Source: an uncultured virus (IMG/VR IMGVR_UViG_3300029955_000004) (Duplodnaviria > Heunggongvirae > Uroviricota > Caudoviricetes). From it: a DNA stretch of 63,141 nucleotides. Location: the IMG/VR virus record IMGVR_UViG_3300029955_000004, positions 62,001 through 125,141 of that record. One strand, written 5' to 3'. Position numbers and translations under genes: made by a program. This document shows positions 60,163 through 63,141 of this stretch, in pieces (positions within the stretch are counted from its first letter, which is position 1; each line of letters starts with the position of its first letter). The notes under the pieces are model-generated. The model ran no database searches and was not told where the DNA came from. It saw nothing but the letters and a program-made list of their open reading frames with translations.

Positions 60163-60591
60163 AAAGAAGATATTGAAAAAGTCATAGAAGATGTCAAACC
60201 ACTTATTATAGAAAGTATAAATAGTATTAAATCAAGAGAATATGGTGAAATGTTTGTTTTGAGTGAAGACAGAATTATAACTATAATTAAAATGAATACA
60301 TTGGTTATCCTAAAGAACAAGGACAATAATGATATTATCGGTTATGCTTCTATTATTAAACTTGAAGCATTCAAAGATGCTATTTTTATTAATGATATTT
60401 TTGTTAGATATGAATATAGAGGACGACGTTATGGTCACTTATTAATGGATGAAATAATTGATGAATTCAGAGATAGTTGTTCAAATATTATCCTTAATTC
60501 TGATATTGATAATTATATCGCAAACAGATTCTATAAAAAGTTAGGATTTGAAATAACAAATTATACACAACGTTTAAAACTTTTGCCATGA
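60130..60591 (+). CDS. GNAT acetyltransferase
   Basis: IFVRYEYRGRRYGHLLM, N..ANRFYKKLGF. Confidence 0.88.
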   Translation: MLSTEVIILSNKEDIEKVIEDVKPLIIESINSIKSREYGEMFVLSEDRIITIIKMNTLVILKNKDNNDIIGYASIIKLEAFKDAIFINDIFVRYEYRGRRYGHLLMDEIIDEFRDSCSNIILNSDIDNYIANRFYKKLGFEITNYTQRLKLLP

Positions 60592-60653
60592 ATATGGGTA
60601 CTACCTGGGTAATTCCAGGTAGTACCATTTTTAATTCAATATCATTTTAAGTA

Positions 60654-60661
60654 TATATTAC
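60654..60661 (+). promoter_or_regulatory. Early promoter motif upstream of phuZ
   Basis: TATATTAC after hairpin 60597-60626. Confidence 0.65.
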
Positions 60662-60713
60662 TTTATTGGTCAAATCTTGACTAATTTTGTTTCTCCTTTT
60701 GAAAGGACATCAC

Positions 60714-61766
60714 ATGTCTCTGAACGATTCTAAAGTTGCCCCCGGTATTCCGTCTTTTATTGTTTCTACCCAGCGGCGGGCACCTGAAGTCCAGACGATC
60801 ATTGCTGCCAAAAATGCTCCTACGATTTCGTTTTATTTCTGTGGTGGTACTGGCATCAATACTTACAATCGTGTTTCGATGTTGCTTCCCGAATCTGCCC
60901 ATATTCAGATCTTCGATACTGCCGATAAATCGAATCGCATCGACACCAATATCGATGTTACGATTCTGACGCCGGCCGCCGTCGGTTCTGGCGGCGATCG
61001 CAATGAAAACAGCCGTACTATCGCCGCTGCCTTGTCTGAAGTCGACCACGTGAATGAAGACATTGCATTTGTCGTTTTCGGCAAGTCTGGCGGTTCTGGC
61101 TCTGTGATCGGTCCGTTGTGGGCCAAAGAACTGCATCGTCGCGATCAGAGCATTCGTATTATCGGCATTGCCATCGCCGACCACGAATCCTCGCAGCAGC
61201 ATTCCGACAACATGAAGGGTGCCACTAAGTCGCTGATTAGCATCTGCGAAAAGAATGGCATTTCTATTCCGCTCATCATCTACGACAACAAGTATGGGCG
61301 GAATATCGTCGACAAGGAAGTCACCAATCTGTTCAAGATGTTTCTTCAGATTTTCACGACGCAAATCAACGAGATCGATCCGTCTGATTTCCTGAATTTC
61401 ATCGCGCACAAGTCGACGACGCCCGGCATCAAGTGCCTGAATGTGCGATGCACCAATTCAAACGAGATCGTCAGCTCTGCGATCCAGGAAGATTCTGATG
61501 TCTATGAATCCATTCTGACTATCATCGGTTCTACCGATGCAGAGTCCGAGTTCAAGCAGGTGTCGGCGACCAGGTCGTTCAGTGGCATCTTCGAATCTCC
61601 TGATTTCCCGTCTATTCGTCTGGCCATTTCCGAATTTTCTTCAAAGTTCGAAGAGCTGGCCAAGGAGACCGAAGATCATCTGAATTCGCTTAAGCAGGCC
61701 AAAGCCGCTCAGAACAAAGCTTCGGTCTGGAAAGTTTCCGGCGACGAAGATGACCTGATCTCATAA
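60714..61766 (+). CDS. phuZ: Phage tubulin PhuZ (TubZ-like)
   Basis: YFCGGTGIN, IFDTA, GSGGDR, SGGSGSVIGP tubulin signature, acidic tail DEDDLIS; AAAGGA RBS before ATG 60714. Confidence 0.9.
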   Translation: MSLNDSKVAPGIPSFIVSTQRRAPEVQTIIAAKNAPTISFYFCGGTGINTYNRVSMLLPESAHIQIFDTADKSNRIDTNIDVTILTPAAVGSGGDRNENSRTIAAALSEVDHVNEDIAFVVFGKSGGSGSVIGPLWAKELHRRDQSIRIIGIAIADHESSQQHSDNMKGATKSLISICEKNGISIPLIIYDNKYGRNIVDKEVTNLFKMFLQIFTTQINEIDPSDFLNFIAHKSTTPGIKCLNVRCTNSNEIVSSAIQEDSDVYESILTIIGSTDAESEFKQVSATRSFSGIFESPDFPSIRLAISEFSSKFEELAKETEDHLNSLKQAKAAQNKASVWKVSGDEDDLIS

Positions 61767-61993
61767 GTATCAGTGTCTTCGCTTAGGGGGAGGTTTAATC
61801 AGACCCTCCCCCTTGTGTGTTGGTTATTATTAGTATTATTTTACCATAATGGGACTATCTTATGAAAGATATTAGAATTCCTTAATAAGGAACTTTAGTG
61901 TCTTATATCCATATCTTTATTATCAAAACCAAAACTCAACGAGGTGATTAGCTCTTTGCCAGAGAGCTTACAGAGTAAGGAAGGAATGTACGG

Positions 61994-62707
61994 ATGAAGA
62001 ATTTTTGGATCAAGCATCCTAATCCTATTGGTCTTGTTATAGGTATTATTATTGGTATTGTTATTAATGTCTTTTTCTATTCCGACATTTTATTTATTAA
62101 ACTTATTAATGCCCAAATTGTTGATCCTTCTTTTAGAATTGTAAAAGAAACACATCCAATCGAACCATTTAGTTATAATGATAAATTCAAGACAAAAAGT
62201 AACTTGACTTTCTTAACAGTTGGTGGTATAAATGAGAATATTCTTAATGATCGAGAATATACTTTGGCCGATGTACCAGCTAGTCAGAGAAAAGATATTA
62301 AAGCTTTAGCAAATACCGTTTATTACGAAGCTCGTGGTGAAGAACGAACTGGTAGAATTGCTATTCAATATGTTGTGAAAAATAGAGCTGCTCAACTTAA
62401 TAAATCCTATTATGATATTATTCATCAATCAGCGGTTATCAAGAAAAATAATGGAAAAAGTGTACGTATTTTTCAATTTTCATATCTCGGCAACAAACAC
62501 ACAGGAGGGATCAAAGAACCAGAAGTGATGAAACAGATTATCTCTGATATCATACATGTTGAAAAAAATCCTACAGGTATATTTAAAAATCCAATCGGAA
62601 AAGCAACGATGTACAACGATACAATTCCACAATCGTGGAAAGGACATGTTGTCGTTGTAGCAACACTAGGCGCTCACAAGTTTTGTTATCCTAAAAGAGA
62701 AGCTTGA
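61994..62707 (+). CDS. SleB-like cell wall hydrolase with N-terminal membrane anchor
   Basis: LANTVYYEARGE..TGRIAI..VVKNR, FQFS, LGAHKF. Confidence 0.85.
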   Translation: MKNFWIKHPNPIGLVIGIIIGIVINVFFYSDILFIKLINAQIVDPSFRIVKETHPIEPFSYNDKFKTKSNLTFLTVGGINENILNDREYTLADVPASQRKDIKALANTVYYEARGEERTGRIAIQYVVKNRAAQLNKSYYDIIHQSAVIKKNNGKSVRIFQFSYLGNKHTGGIKEPEVMKQIISDIIHVEKNPTGIFKNPIGKATMYNDTIPQSWKGHVVVVATLGAHKFCYPKREA

Positions 62708-62720
62708 TTATGAACATAGC

Positions 62721-62791
62721 GATGAGATCAGCCGTAATGGCTGATCTCATCATATTCTTATTTTTTCATTGTTAATACAAAAATATATTAC
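62721..62791 (+). promoter_or_regulatory. Hairpin terminator (62721-62751) plus early promoter (62784-62791)
   Basis: GATGAGATCAGCC-GTAAT-GGCTGATCTCATC; TATATTAC. Confidence 0.7.
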
Positions 62792-62832
62792 TTAATTGTA
62801 TAGTTAGTAACCCATCACACAAAGAGGATACG

Positions 62833-63114
62833 ATGGATAAGACCAACATTCAGATCACCGTTGCTGGAGGGTCTATTACCAATGTCAATGCGGATAATCC
62901 TGCGCTGATCGGCGAAGTCGTTATCACCGATGTTTCGAAGGAGCTTCCCGTTCATTGTATCTTCGAGAACGACGTCGAGAAAACCGATGTCGCTGCACTG
63001 ATCACCAGTCTCAGTGCAGCTTCTGATGAAGAAGTCATTGCCGAAGCTGCTCCGCAGACTGAAGTGATTTCTGCCGAAGTCGATGTCGAAGAAGAAGAGG
63101 AAGTCGCCGAGTAA
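62833..63114 (+). CDS. Small, highly acidic early protein
   Basis: 93 aa, Glu-rich tail, GAGGA RBS. Confidence 0.7.
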   Translation: MDKTNIQITVAGGSITNVNADNPALIGEVVITDVSKELPVHCIFENDVEKTDVAALITSLSAASDEEVIAEAAPQTEVISAEVDVEEEEEVAE

Positions 63115-63141
63115 TACGGATTCGATATACAGGAGAAAGGA

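Noticed and set aside
60681..61409. 242-aa antisense ORF over phuZ
   Set aside because: Shadow of the codon-biased phuZ frame; no RBS or motifs
1..63141. CRISPR array
   Set aside because: No regularly spaced direct repeats; the palindromes are dispersed and differ in sequence
1..63141. Stop-codon reassignment
   Set aside because: Core genes are intact in the standard code and end in TAA, TAG and TGA; the ligA stop is a local lesion
1..63141. Chimallin, major capsid protein or reverse transcriptase
   Set aside because: No ORF with recognisable features of these in the window

Overview
AT-rich segment of a phiKZ-like jumbo phage genome, probably nucleus-forming, although no chimallin gene is visible in this window. 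Bases 1-39.7 kb are mostly core genes: GyrB/GyrA-type topoisomerase, split RNA polymerase beta fragments, portal, tail tube and sheath, baseplate-type virion proteins, prohead protease, an intein-containing terminase and ThyA. Bases 39.8-63 kb are an accessory region of short transcription units, each typically bounded by a long palindromic hairpin and a TATATTAC early-promoter motif, ending with a PhuZ tubulin and a SleB-type hydrolase. The most notable observations are: (1) a structured leader RNA with a tRNA-Ser(GGA)-like anticodon arm and a terminator/antiterminator pair before an M29 aminopeptidase; (2) candidate counter-defence genes (two HigA-like antitoxin modules, an Acb1-like 2H phosphoesterase, a DarG-like macro-SLOG fusion); (3) a proteasome/HslV-like Thr protease; (4) a ligA remnant whose stop codon is removed by re-inverting 38 bp; (5) a Glu-start class 3 intein; (6) a covarying 5-prime hairpin shared by three early promoters. 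All protein assignments come from motif recognition by eye, with no database search.
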